DNA of 48,952 bases, taken from IMG/VR virus record IMGVR_UViG_3300005259_000041; one strand, 5' to 3'. This DNA is from an uncultured virus (IMG/VR IMGVR_UViG_3300005259_000041). Lineage: Duplodnaviria > Heunggongvirae > Uroviricota > Caudoviricetes. Shown in pieces: positions 29,276 to 38,534 of the stretch. How positions within the stretch are numbered: the stretch's first letter is position 1; the number at the start of each line of letters is the position of its first letter. Under the pieces are notes generated by a model. That model searched no databases. It was not told the origin of the DNA and worked only from the letters and a program-made list of their open reading frames with translations. A program made the position numbers and the translations under genes.

Positions 29276-29707
29276 TCATTTCACTTCTACCCACTTATCG
29301 TTTGGGCTGGGGTGTTCGGTTAATTCCGCCTTAATCCATGCCTGGGCGGCCCACAGTCCTCCGAAATATAAGGTCTTACCGTCGCCCCCTGTCACGTCTA
29401 CCCAATCATAGCCGAAATCTGCTACTGGGGTGAGATTGAGACGCGGGGTCCATTTCCATTCCTGAATCTTATACCGCTCTCCATTCGTGAGAATTCTAAA
29501 CCGAGTTCCATTGGGGCGTATATATGGGTGTTCTGGCATGGCGGGAGAGTGGGCAGTCGGTATCCTGGATTGTGTGGTGCTAACAGCCGGGGACGGTCCC
29601 ATGGGAGCCACCGTTTGCTGCAAAGCCCCTGACATAATCCAGCAAGCGCTGAGTGCCAAAAATATAATAGCCATAACGCTTAAATACTTCACAAAGGAAT
29701 CGCTCAT
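29276..29707 (-). CDS. Membrane-anchored hypothetical protein
   Basis: N-terminal TM, P/S linker, RFRI...YKIQ domain. Confidence 0.65.
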   Translation of the reverse strand: MSDSFVKYLSVMAIIFLALSACWIMSGALQQTVAPMGPSPAVSTTQSRIPTAHSPAMPEHPYIRPNGTRFRILTNGERYKIQEWKWTPRLNLTPVADFGYDWVDVTGGDGKTLYFGGLWAAQAWIKAELTEHPSPNDKWVEVK

Positions 29708-29807
29708 TTTTTCTCCTGTTCTTTCTCTTTACTTCTCACATATGTCAGATAAAACCTCTCATAGACGGTTTGCCTCAGTCGCCATCGAGCCCATATAGTT
29801 CTTATTT

Positions 29808-30008
29808 TCATTTGCCTTTTCCTGGTTTAGACACCACTATTGAAGCTCCCCATATGGTTGCGAGGGCCCCGGTGCTCAACACGTCTTTTATGGTATAGTC
29901 CGTTAAGGCATTAAAGGATTTCCAAAGACCCCATGTCTCCCTAATACTAAATTCTGGGCGAGCTTGAACATACCAAGTTGTCTTTAGCCATTTTTCATAT
30001 GGAGTCAT
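29808..30008 (-). CDS. TW-motif microprotein with capsid-like C-terminal peptide
   Basis: MTPYEKW...FSIRETWGLWKSF...VLSTGALATIWGASIVVSK. Confidence 0.6.
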   Translation of the reverse strand: MTPYEKWLKTTWYVQARPEFSIRETWGLWKSFNALTDYTIKDVLSTGALATIWGASIVVSKPGKGK

Positions 30009-30153
30009 TCCACTATCCGATAAGCCTTTCGTTTTAGAAATCCGACTAGATGCGATCCGACGGCAAGTTCTTCTTTGCTTAATTCTGCCCGATAAGCCAG
30101 CCAAGCGTGTAACATTGAACCGTAATGGACATCAATCCATCGGACCATAACAG

Positions 30154-30366
30154 TTAACCCCTCTCTAGTTCTTTTGCCCGGGCTATAATTTCGGGAGTGA
30201 TTTTCACTTGGCGAGTATAGGCCGTGGCATATAAAGCACCCAGGCTACCCTTAGGTGCCCCTTCTCGGACGCACATATCAATTACTAAAATTAACAATTC
30301 AGTCTGTCTATCCGACAGGCTTTCAGCTAATTCACTGACGATTTCCACTTCTTCTTTAGGAGACAT
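30154..30366 (-). CDS. Hypothetical protein
   Basis: 70 aa in operon. Confidence 0.55.
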   Translation of the reverse strand: MSPKEEVEIVSELAESLSDRQTELLILVIDMCVREGAPKGSLGALYATAYTRQVKITPEIIARAKELERG

Positions 30367-30369
30367 TCT

Positions 30370-30738
30370 CTACCTTCTTCCGCATTTTAATAGGCGATTA
30401 TTCCAGGTCCGTTTAATATCCCAATATCTCTTTAGTTTCTCATTGTACACTTTATTGAGTTGGTTATCTAGATATGAGGCCACTCCCATTATCCCACTGC
30501 CAGTTAATGCCATATTCAGCCCCCACCACCAATAAGTCTTATGGATTTCAACAAACCACCATAGGAATAGTGTTTTTAAGCTGGAGGCTAAATACGCAAT
30601 GATGGGATAGAGAAAGCAAATTCCGCCAATAGCCAATAGGATTATGCCAATTGCGAATACACAGACATTCATCCAGCCCATTTGATTAATTTCATGAATG
30701 TCTAATTTACTAAATAGCTTATTCAGCGCTTTTGCCAT
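30370..30738 (-). CDS. Multi-TM protein with C-terminal TW motif
   Basis: Two to three hydrophobic helices; DIKRTWNNR. Confidence 0.65.
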   Translation of the reverse strand: MAKALNKLFSKLDIHEINQMGWMNVCVFAIGIILLAIGGICFLYPIIAYLASSLKTLFLWWFVEIHKTYWWWGLNMALTGSGIMGVASYLDNQLNKVYNEKLKRYWDIKRTWNNRLLKCGRR

Positions 30739-30889
30739 TGTTCTTTCTCTTTCTGTATTTCCTTAATCAGTTTTGAAAACCAATGATGTTGCCAAGTAGC
30801 CCGAACAGATCGGGTGCGAAATCTCATTTTGAGATTTTTCATAGTCTTCTCCAAGAATTTACGATTAACATTAATTGTTTTCACGTATA

Positions 30890-30918
30890 AATATAATCCC
30901 TGATTATCAGAATGTCAA
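30890..30918 (-). promoter_or_regulatory. Sigma70-type promoter
   Basis: TTGACA-N17-TATATT on minus strand. Confidence 0.8.
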
Positions 30919-30944
30919 TGAGGGTGCGCGGCATATAATAAAAG

Positions 30945-30963
30945 AAGACCCCGAAGGGGTCTT
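30945..30963 (-). terminator. Terminator closing the microprotein operon
   Basis: AAGACCCC-GAA-GGGGTCTT flanked by A/T tracts. Confidence 0.8.
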
Positions 30964-30998
30964 TTCTCGGCCCAATACCCTTTTTTCCGCTACTTTTA

Positions 30999-33900
30999 TT
31001 ATCCCGCCGGGAACATTTTCTGATAGCATTTCCACATCGTCCAATTCCTTGAAATGGAATGATGTTTATCGGTCGTCTCGAAGGTACCCCAAGAGGCTTT
31101 AGTCCATGTTATGAATGACATATCATTCTCCATTTTATCTGAAGAGAATAGAAATACCAAGTGTTGGCTATTTTATGTGCGGGTCTCATCTGTTCTGGAT
31201 TATTCATATTCATTTCCCACAATCCATTTTCTATAATACGAATATATGTTCCAGACCCTAGAGATACTGGGTGGTCCGAATCGGGGGCCACCGAAGGGAT
31301 GGACTGAAGTATTAGAATATGTTCTTACCCAATCTATAAACGTCACCATTCACTCAATATCCATTTTTTATAATATCCATATAATTTCCATGTTTGGGAA
31401 ACGGAAAGGAGAGTTCCGACCCCATCGAAGGGGAAAATAGGCTCAGTCTCATATAAATCTCTTCGTAATATCATCCAATCCCTAAACGTCATTCTCCGAA
31501 GACACTGTTCCGTAAGTCTCATTTAACACCTTCATGGAAAAATTTATACAATTTCCAAAGTCGCCAAGTTCCAGTCGGAGTGTCATTAAGAGCTGGATCG
31601 GATAGGCTTAAACCCGATGTGTTATCATTATATACTCTTAAATAAAGGCGGGACCATTCTTTAAAGCTCATTTAGCTCTTTCTAATCGTGCCTCGCGGCT
31701 TACCTGTTCTCTCCACTTTAAATATAAAGCGGTGTTTACGTCTATTATCTTGCGCATCCTACCGGTAGTCCATAATTCATAAGTCCGCCATGTTTCCCGC
31801 ATGGAATAATTATGATCGTTCATTACTATGGGTTTCATTTCTTCCTCTTAGTAGATGGTAATATAAGATTTTTACGCTCTTCTGACATATCATTCTCAAA
31901 GACAGCATACCACACGTAAATGTCCCAAGTCGACCTAATATTCATTGCCATTCCGAAAATACCCGCCTATGAATCTCCGAAGCCGGAGGCCCAAAGGCAA
32001 GATACCAAATCCAAGTGATGTAAATGCTTTTGGACTTTTCCGCTTTAATTACTTTCATGTCTTCCATAGGGGTCCAAATATACGATATATAGGGGTCCAA
32101 AAACACGATACCAGAACCAAGTGAGATTAATGCTTTTGGATTCATCCGCTTTCATTACTTTCATTTCTCATCCTCATACTGACAGGCAATTTTTATATAA
32201 TCCTTCCAGTTGAAGGAGGGATTGCGCTCTATGTGATGCCGGAGAAGATATGCCCGTAATAATTTATAATGGAACCGGCCCCAGGTGGAACTAATGTTAT
32301 TCATCGCCCTAAAGCCAACTGATAGGAAGCGAATCTCTCCAATTCCTCTTTTAATCTAAGAAACATCTCATGTAACATCCAGGTGTTGGAAGGAGTATCA
32401 GAAAAATTCAAATCCTCCCTCCATACCCATTCGGCAAAAGACAATTCCGTAATACTCCTCGAATACATTTCAGCATCAAACGGACGCATTTATCTATACC
32501 TCTTTTCCAGAAAACGCCAGTGTTTATAGATGACATCATATGTCTCTTTGCAATCGAGATAGGGATAACATATCCAAGTACGGGCAATACTGGGTTTATA
32601 TGGTTTGGCCATCTTTCGCTTCATTGCCCAAAGATCTGCCCCAATGGCAAGGACTATTACACCGAAAAACAACAATACGGGGACTAAAGGTGAAAGGGAA
32701 ACCATATTTAATATTCTCCGTCATATTCGCTATAATATAAGGTATCATATACTTTCCTGTAAAACTGCCACGCGAAACAATGCCAAGTATTACGTATACT
32801 GCGCTTATTATATTTCCGATGTCTTATCGAATCGGCAATGAAGTGGGAACAGATAACCAGGGTCATAATAATTACTGATCCCAAATATATCAAAACGCCA
32901 CACCATCCGTTCATAGTAAACATTAGACTCCCATTTCCCGTTTTCGTCGTGGGATATATTCATAACGCCAAGTGTCCCGAATGGAGGAGCTTTGAGTTTC
33001 TCCTTTTAAAGCATCCCGAATTTCGGCACCAGCAATTAACATAAGACCCATTATCCCTATGGCAATTCCAAAAATAGTAATAAACATTTCAATTCCTATG
33101 GCCATTTAATTTTTCCAATTCCCCAAGCCTTCTATAATAATCTAGGACTTCGGTTAAATGTGGATCAGAAACATATCTAATCCAAACATCCTTAATATTT
33201 CTCATAATGTTCCCTTATGCGTGTCGCTCATACCACTTACGTAAACCGAGTTTGTATAAGTAAATGGTCCAAGTGCCCCAAACATTAATCATAATGCTCC
33301 CCGAACTCGCCTATATTCATAAGCGGTTAAATAAAAACTCGCCCAAGCCAACCATGTCTGCCGAACGGTCCTAATGCCAGTTCCAGAGGTTTCAAAGGCA
33401 TGATCCTCATAAAGCCAGTATTTGTAACTACCGGGTGGGCAATAGATTGGCACGATAATATCTCCAAAGGGCCCAAGTTTCCTGCGGAGTATCCGTAAGG
33501 ACGGCAAATTGCAATGACCGAGCCCATTCTATAAACGTATACTGATATAAGTTAAAGGAATCGCTCATAATGCCCATACTTTCTTTGCCAAAGGGAAACA
33601 TAATATAAGTCTTCTTTATATCTCAACCATAACTGCCAGTTTAATCCAATATGGGTATCGGGTTCATAGGGAGATAGGTTTTTAGAAATCAGCCAGTCTT
33701 TAAAGGTAACCTCTGAAATCTCACAAAATCTCATTTATAAGTTCCTTTCCTTAAGCCAGTGTAATAGCTTTTCCATAAAACCCAGGTAAGCCATATGCCA
33801 GTACTATATGATCCCAAAGGAGGGGTTCCATAGGTACGTGCATATAGCCAGTCTTTAAAGGTTACTTGCATTTTTAAAGCTTCCTATAGCATTTCCATAA

Positions 33901-34699
33901 ATACCAAGTCTTCCATACTGGCATAATACCATTGCCCAATACTCCTAACCAATCATTCAAAGACATCCATCCAGCCCAATGTCTATTCGCGCCCAAAACA
34001 CCGGGATAATCATATACAAATTCGCCCCGCTGTACACTGGCAATAAATTCTTTCAGGGTTACATCACGGGATACATAATTCATAATTATCTCTTCACTAT
34101 CCTATATAACCTGACTTTAAAAACAGCATTAATCCAAATCACATTGCCGGGAACGAACATGGAAGAACTCGAATCCGGCCATGCCTTACCCGTCACCCAA
34201 CGCCATAAAATAGAACCATAAGGAGCATCAGCAGGTTTTCTCATCGCTTTAACTTATCTTCAGATTCTTGTATTTTAGAATTAGCACGCTTTATGGCCCT
34301 AGTCCAGGAAGTACACCATAACCAATTCTGCCAAGTTACATTTATATTCATTTTCTTTCCATAAGAGCGCACCATGCCTTAGACCAAGCGTGTCGGGCCC
34401 AATTTAACTTAATACTCGTCAGGATATGAATTTTAAGAGTAGGATTATTGATTACGTTTTTAAACTTCATTTCTTCCTCGCTATTAAATACCATCCATAT
34501 GCATCCCATGTCCAAGAGATAGAAACAACTCCATTACGAGGGCCAAGACACATACTAAGGAATTCTCTAAAGGTCATCATTGTCCTACATACCCCCAGGC
34601 TACCCGATAACGACTAAACGCTTTCCATGTCCAATCTATAGAAACAGCCTTAGGAATGGGACTCAAATACATACTGAGGAATTCTTTAAAGGTTAGCAT
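30999..34699 (-). other. Operon of 26 consecutive TW-motif microprotein genes (25-71 aa)
   Basis: Hand-translated, mostly ATGA-overlapping: 34577-34699, 34467-34580, 34348-34470, 34241-34351, 34086-34244, 33874-34083, 33731-33871, 33552-33734, 33428-33568, 33289-~33453, 33215-33292, 33089-33205, 32923-33105, 32708-32923, 32490-32705, 32301-32489, 32161-32304, 32045-32164, 31942-32058, 31835-31945, 31668-31838, 31519-31671, 31343-31522, 31200-31349, 31109-31213, 30999-31121. Confidence 0.85.
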
Positions 34700-34700
34700 T

Positions 34701-35177
34701 CTATTTCTTCATCTCTAAAAGAGCAGCCAGTTCCAGAAAGGTAAGGATACTGGTTTCATTCATATTGGCATTTATAACAATGTCACAGTCTATAAGGACA
34801 TAAGTCCCACGAGAAGAGTCAGTATACATATTATGGTTGGATATGGCTTCTCTCAGTATTCTAGTTTTACCCCATGGACATTTGGAACAGTCTAATATGC
34901 CACTATCCGTAAGTATACAATTCGGATTCTTTATCTCATTATGCCGGGTGATACTTCCCCGTGCGGCTCTCCATCGTTGATTAGGATTAACGACTAGTTC
35001 AGCACGATTATAACGCTGTTTATACTGTTCGTTTAAATGCTTAAACCATTGATTATGCTCTTCTTCTGCACTGTCTACCGGCTCGGGAATACACGGGTTA
35101 AAGTCGCGTATGTACGAGTGTATACGGGTGAGAGTGGCATCGAGGATTTTAATCTGGTCTTCTGTCAGGGCTCTCAT
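34701..35177 (-). CDS. Cys4-family protein heading the microprotein operon
   Basis: NC...DCSKCPW...DC; TSILTFLELAALLE. Confidence 0.7.
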   Translation of the reverse strand: MRALTEDQIKILDATLTRIHSYIRDFNPCIPEPVDSAEEEHNQWFKHLNEQYKQRYNRAELVVNPNQRWRAARGSITRHNEIKNPNCILTDSGILDCSKCPWGKTRILREAISNHNMYTDSSRGTYVLIDCDIVINANMNETSILTFLELAALLEMKK

Positions 35178-35192
35178 TATGGCCTCAGTATC

Positions 35193-35221
35193 AATATAAT
35201 TTAGAAGGGGTCAATTGTCAA
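35193..35221 (-). promoter_or_regulatory. Sigma70-type promoter of the microprotein operon
   Basis: TTGACA-N17-TATATT on minus strand. Confidence 0.8.
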
Positions 35222-35492
35222 GTGTAAGTCGGCCGGAGTAAATACGGGAATATATAAGGGTTAAAATCGTTCTAAGGGAAGGCTGGGCAAGGGGTGTAAC
35301 AGGAAGATAGAAGGAACGGTTAAATGTAGGTAGATACTGGGTTTGAGATAGATAAGTAGGAGAGGAAGGATACTGGGAAATGGTGGCGGAAGGATGGGTG
35401 AATACTGNNNNNNNNNNNNNNNNNNNNNNNGGTGAGTTCTTTATGTCGCAGTGGAGGAGAAAGGAGGGGAGATAAGTAGGAGGATACTGGCT

Positions 35493-35599
35493 AAAGTGAG
35501 TCATTTATGACACACTGTATGCGAGGTTAAGTGCGATAATAGGGTATAATATGAGGAATGTACTCTGATAATCAAGGTGTGACAAAAATGACTCACTTT
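35493..35599. repeat. 23-bp imperfect inverted repeat (21/23) in non-coding junction
   Basis: AAAGTGAGTCATTTATGACACAC (35493-35515) and GTGTGACAAAAATGACTCACTTT (35577-35599). Confidence 0.85.
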
Positions 35600-35803
35600 C
35601 ACTTAAGTTGCGAAAATACTACCCTCCAGACAATAAAAGTCTGAGGTAATATCAGTATCTATCCTTCCCTAAGTCTAAGCCGAGCATCAAGCCGCTTGCA
35701 CTTGTGAGAGACTTGGCCAGTATCACAGTATAGCGCGACATTGTGTTGTGCTAGATACTGGCGCGAGTGTAAGAGACTTAGATACTGGCGCGGAGGTAGT
35801 CCC

Positions 35804-36196
35804 ATGAACATCCTCAACGCGAAGGGCCTGGGCTTCAAGGTCACCGTCAAGACCGTCAAGAAGCACAAGTTCGTCGAAGGGCGCCCCGAGGAGTCCCACA
35901 AGGGCGTCTACAACCTCACCCTGAGCGGGGGTGGCAAGTCCCACGAGGCGAAGAACATCGTCGGCACCCACGACCTCTTCGCCAAGGCTTACGCCATGGC
36001 CGCCATCTACTTCCCCAAGGGCTACGCCAAGTTCCAGGCGCAGGCCAAGGTGGAGCGCGACGCCAACAAGGCCGCCGCGAAGGCCAGCCGCAAGGCCAAG
36101 AAGGCCGCCGCCGCGCCGGCCGACCTCAAGGGCCTCCTCACCCTGCTCAACCGCCAGAAGAAGGGCAACGGGAAGGTGCTGGCCCTGTTCCTCTAG
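35804..36196 (+). CDS. Lys/Ala-rich basic protein, paralog 1
   Basis: GGAGG RBS; near-exclusive C/G third codon positions; aligns end to end with 44151..44552. Confidence 0.85.
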   Translation: MNILNAKGLGFKVTVKTVKKHKFVEGRPEESHKGVYNLTLSGGGKSHEAKNIVGTHDLFAKAYAMAAIYFPKGYAKFQAQAKVERDANKAAAKASRKAKKAAAAPADLKGLLTLLNRQKKGNGKVLALFL

Positions 36197-36352
36197 GCCA
36201 GTATCTATGTCCCTACCCTTCCACCCCAGTATCCTCTTAGCATAGATACTGGGCACAATCTGAATTAACTCCTGGGGNNNNNNNNNNNNNNNNNNNNNNC
36301 TGGCTGCTGATAGATAAGTATCTATCACAACGGGAGGAATTAAGGAGGCGCC

Positions 36353-36823
36353 ATGGAGAACGAAGTACCTCTAGACAATCCGTTCTTTTACGCGTATCTT
36401 AAGGCACTAGTCCGGTTCGTGGCAGACCCTACGCAGCAGCGTCTAGATGCTGTCAATCACCAAAGGAACTTGCGCTCAGAGAAGACGTGGAAAGCCCCAG
36501 TGGCAGAACATGGATACTGCCACCCCTTTGGGGACTATGCGTCTGAGAATGGAGTAAGCTGCATAGACGGGAGTGACATGGATGCTCGGGAGGAAGGCGA
36601 GGGGCGTTGTTGTCCTATGTTAAGCGCTTCTACTTCCCTTCTCAGACAGGAATGTCAACTCGCGTGTGGCTTCTCTGCGGACGTGGTGCTGAGAGTTATC
36701 GAGACTCTGGCGGCATATGAGGCAAGGTATCCAGACTGGCCCCGGTGGAAAGAGTTAAAGGAGGAAGACCATGGGACAGGCGAAACTGAGGGGGACCAAG
36801 GAACAGCGGGTCGAGCAGGCTAA
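36353..36823 (+). CDS. Cys4-family-like protein
   Basis: YCHPF...C...CCPM...C; VVLRVIETLAAYE. Confidence 0.65.
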   Translation: MENEVPLDNPFFYAYLKALVRFVADPTQQRLDAVNHQRNLRSEKTWKAPVAEHGYCHPFGDYASENGVSCIDGSDMDAREEGEGRCCPMLSASTSLLRQECQLACGFSADVVLRVIETLAAYEARYPDWPRWKELKEEDHGTGETEGDQGTAGRAG

Positions 36824-36941
36824 GGCTCGGCGGGTGGGGGTGCCGGTCAATGTCACGACCCGCCTCCAGAAGAACGGCAACCTCAAGAGGGGGTTCGCGG
36901 GCCTGCTCCTCTCCCGCCTCACCACCCTCTTCCACGCCTAG
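36771..36941 (+). CDS. Small basic protein
   Basis: MGQAKLRGTKEQRVEQAK; GGAGG RBS; not in ORF track. Confidence 0.6.
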   Translation: MGQAKLRGTKEQRVEQAKARRVGVPVNVTTRLQKNGNLKRGFAGLLLSRLTTLFHA

Positions 36942-36954
36942 GAGCAAGAAGGCA

Positions 36955-37113
36955 ATGCCCGAAAAGGAAGAAGAGTCCTCGGAAGAAGTCATGTCCGAGC
37001 TGCGGAGGACAGTGGCTCTGAAGGCGGCGGTGGACTTTGCGAAGGAGCAGACCACCACCTCCGAGGCAGTCGACATCGCCCGCACCTTCGAGGAATATCT
37101 GAAGTTCGGATAG
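36955..37113 (+). CDS. Small hypothetical protein
   Basis: MPEKEEE...ALKAAVDF...ARTFEEYL; high GC3. Confidence 0.6.
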   Translation: MPEKEEESSEEVMSELRRTVALKAAVDFAKEQTTTSEAVDIARTFEEYLKFG

Positions 37114-37609
37114 ACCTCGCCAGTATCTAGAGCTGGCGGCTAGGAGATAAGATACTCCTTCTGGCCGCCATAATGTAGATACTGACATAGTCGCGCCAGT
37201 ATTAAGATACTGATACTGGCTGCCCCTTTTCGAATAGGAGAAGAACATGCGATTTAAGTCGAAGATTATCTACTTCGGGGCACTCACATTCAAGAATGGC
37301 ATTGTCCGTACGTGCCATGTCTGGATGGGGGTGGACAATCGCTATCGTGTCTGGGACGGTATCCGGTTCTACTCCCCGGATGACGTTCTCCCCGCCAGCC
37401 TCGCCTTTGCCTAGTCTGTCCTTCATGGTGAACGGCGGACTATGGCGCGCCGTTTGATCGCCTATAACCTAAGGAGGTCGGTCATGGACTATGGTTAGCA
37501 GGTTAGGATAGTCCAATCTCCAGATCTAGCAGGCCGGCCACAGAAACATTGTCGGCCTGCTATCATGTGGATACTGGACGAAATAGAGGGCCCCAGAAAG
37601 GAGGTGTCC

Positions 37610-37957
37610 ATGCAGTATTTCTGGCTGTTTCTCCTCGCCATCTGCATCGTTCTTATCGTGCGGAACGAGCGAGTATACGAGTGGAGGGGCGCCCAGATTC
37701 GCCTGATTAGCAAGACTACTAAGGCGCTCATCGAGTATTACTACAATGGGGACTGGTCTACCCCCAACGGATGGGAGGAACATCAGGCCCGCTTCGAAGA
37801 AATCCTCGATGCATTTTACAATGTGCACGAGGCTCGGTCCTATGTTGGCACGCTTCTTGATATTGGCTGCTGGGATGGGGCCAAGTATCTGGAGGCTACC
37901 TACATCGGGAACCTGGACGGGGCTGCTCGGGAAGAGATAGCCCAGATGAAGAGATAG
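37610..37957 (+). CDS. Membrane-anchored hypothetical protein
   Basis: AAGGAGGT RBS before MQYFWLFLLAICIVLIV. Confidence 0.7.
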   Translation: MQYFWLFLLAICIVLIVRNERVYEWRGAQIRLISKTTKALIEYYYNGDWSTPNGWEEHQARFEEILDAFYNVHEARSYVGTLLDIGCWDGAKYLEATYIGNLDGAAREEIAQMKR

Positions 37958-38182
37958 GAGGCAAGGCCATGGTACTGAAGCCGGGAAGTCGTCTGCCTCA
38001 TATCCGGGTCGACACCCTGGACGTGAGCGAGGCCATGTACGAGGACGTGCGGGAGAAGATGGACACCCTTCGAACTCGCACTCCCCCCAAGCCCACCCTG
38101 TATCGCCTGGAAGGAGGCAACGAGGAGTAGTCGTCATCCTGATACTGGGCCCGAACATGTCATACTGAAAGGGAGGTGACAG

Positions 38183-38470
38183 ATGAGTAACAAGCAGTCC
38201 CGTGCCGCAGCCAGGACCAACGGGAATCTTCTCGTTGCCCTCTCCACCATCAAGGACTTGGGCGAGGAGATTCAGCGCCTCAACAAGGTCATCCTCAACG
38301 GCACCCTCTCTTCCCTGGAGATGAGGGACATGCTCCTGGACGATCTCCACACCTGCGCCCTGGCCGATGATGAGGTCTGGGCCTTCAACCGGAAGAGCCA
38401 GGAGGCCTTCGAGCAGTTCGTCGGCAGCCAGGGGGAGATGCAGCCCCCCGAGCCCGAGACCATCTCCTAG
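38183..38470 (+). CDS. Hypothetical protein
   Basis: GGAGGT RBS, high GC3. Confidence 0.7.
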   Translation: MSNKQSRAAARTNGNLLVALSTIKDLGEEIQRLNKVILNGTLSSLEMRDMLLDDLHTCALADDEVWAFNRKSQEAFEQFVGSQGEMQPPEPETIS

Positions 38471-38534
38471 TATCCAGAGCCAGCCAGTATCTTTAAAGTC
38501 GTGAGATACTGGCTGTAATGTGGATACTGGATTA

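Larger units (their letters stand above)
25430..30842 (-). other. Second block of coupled small genes, about 20 carrying the TW motif
   Basis: Hand-translated: 25430-25504, 25501-25647, 25937-26101, 26098-26283, 26465-26722, 26715-26870, 27770-27925, 27922-28101, 28109-28279, 28281-28442, 28439-28597, 28594-28755, 28758-28931, 28928-29089, 29079-29279, 29704-29811, 29808-30008, 30005-30148, 30370-30738, 30723-30842. Confidence 0.75.

Noticed and set aside
31109..33527. ORF-track calls 31109..31291, 31942..32145, 33289..33507, 33327..33527 as given
   Set aside because: Their 5' parts overlap better motif-bearing coupled ORFs in other frames; starts were re-assigned or the call dropped.
30999..34699. 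Integron cassette array or DGR as the source of the microprotein array
   Set aside because: Genes overlap directly with no attC-like sites; no integrase or reverse transcriptase in the window and no adenine-specific TR/VR pair seen.
27770..34699. Stop-codon reassignment making the short ORFs pieces of long genes
   Set aside because: All three stops are used, successive ORFs change frame with ATGA overlaps, and conserved genes end normally under code 11.
30999..34699. TW peptide motif being a by-product of the GATACTGG DNA motif
   Set aside because: Underlying codons vary (ACN/AAT/GTN + TGG) and do not spell GATACTGG; that DNA motif is rare in this region.
35222..35803. Chimeric join of two unrelated genomes
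   Set aside because: Cys4-family and TW-motif genes occur on both sides, which argues for one genome; the N gaps mean read-level confirmation is still needed.
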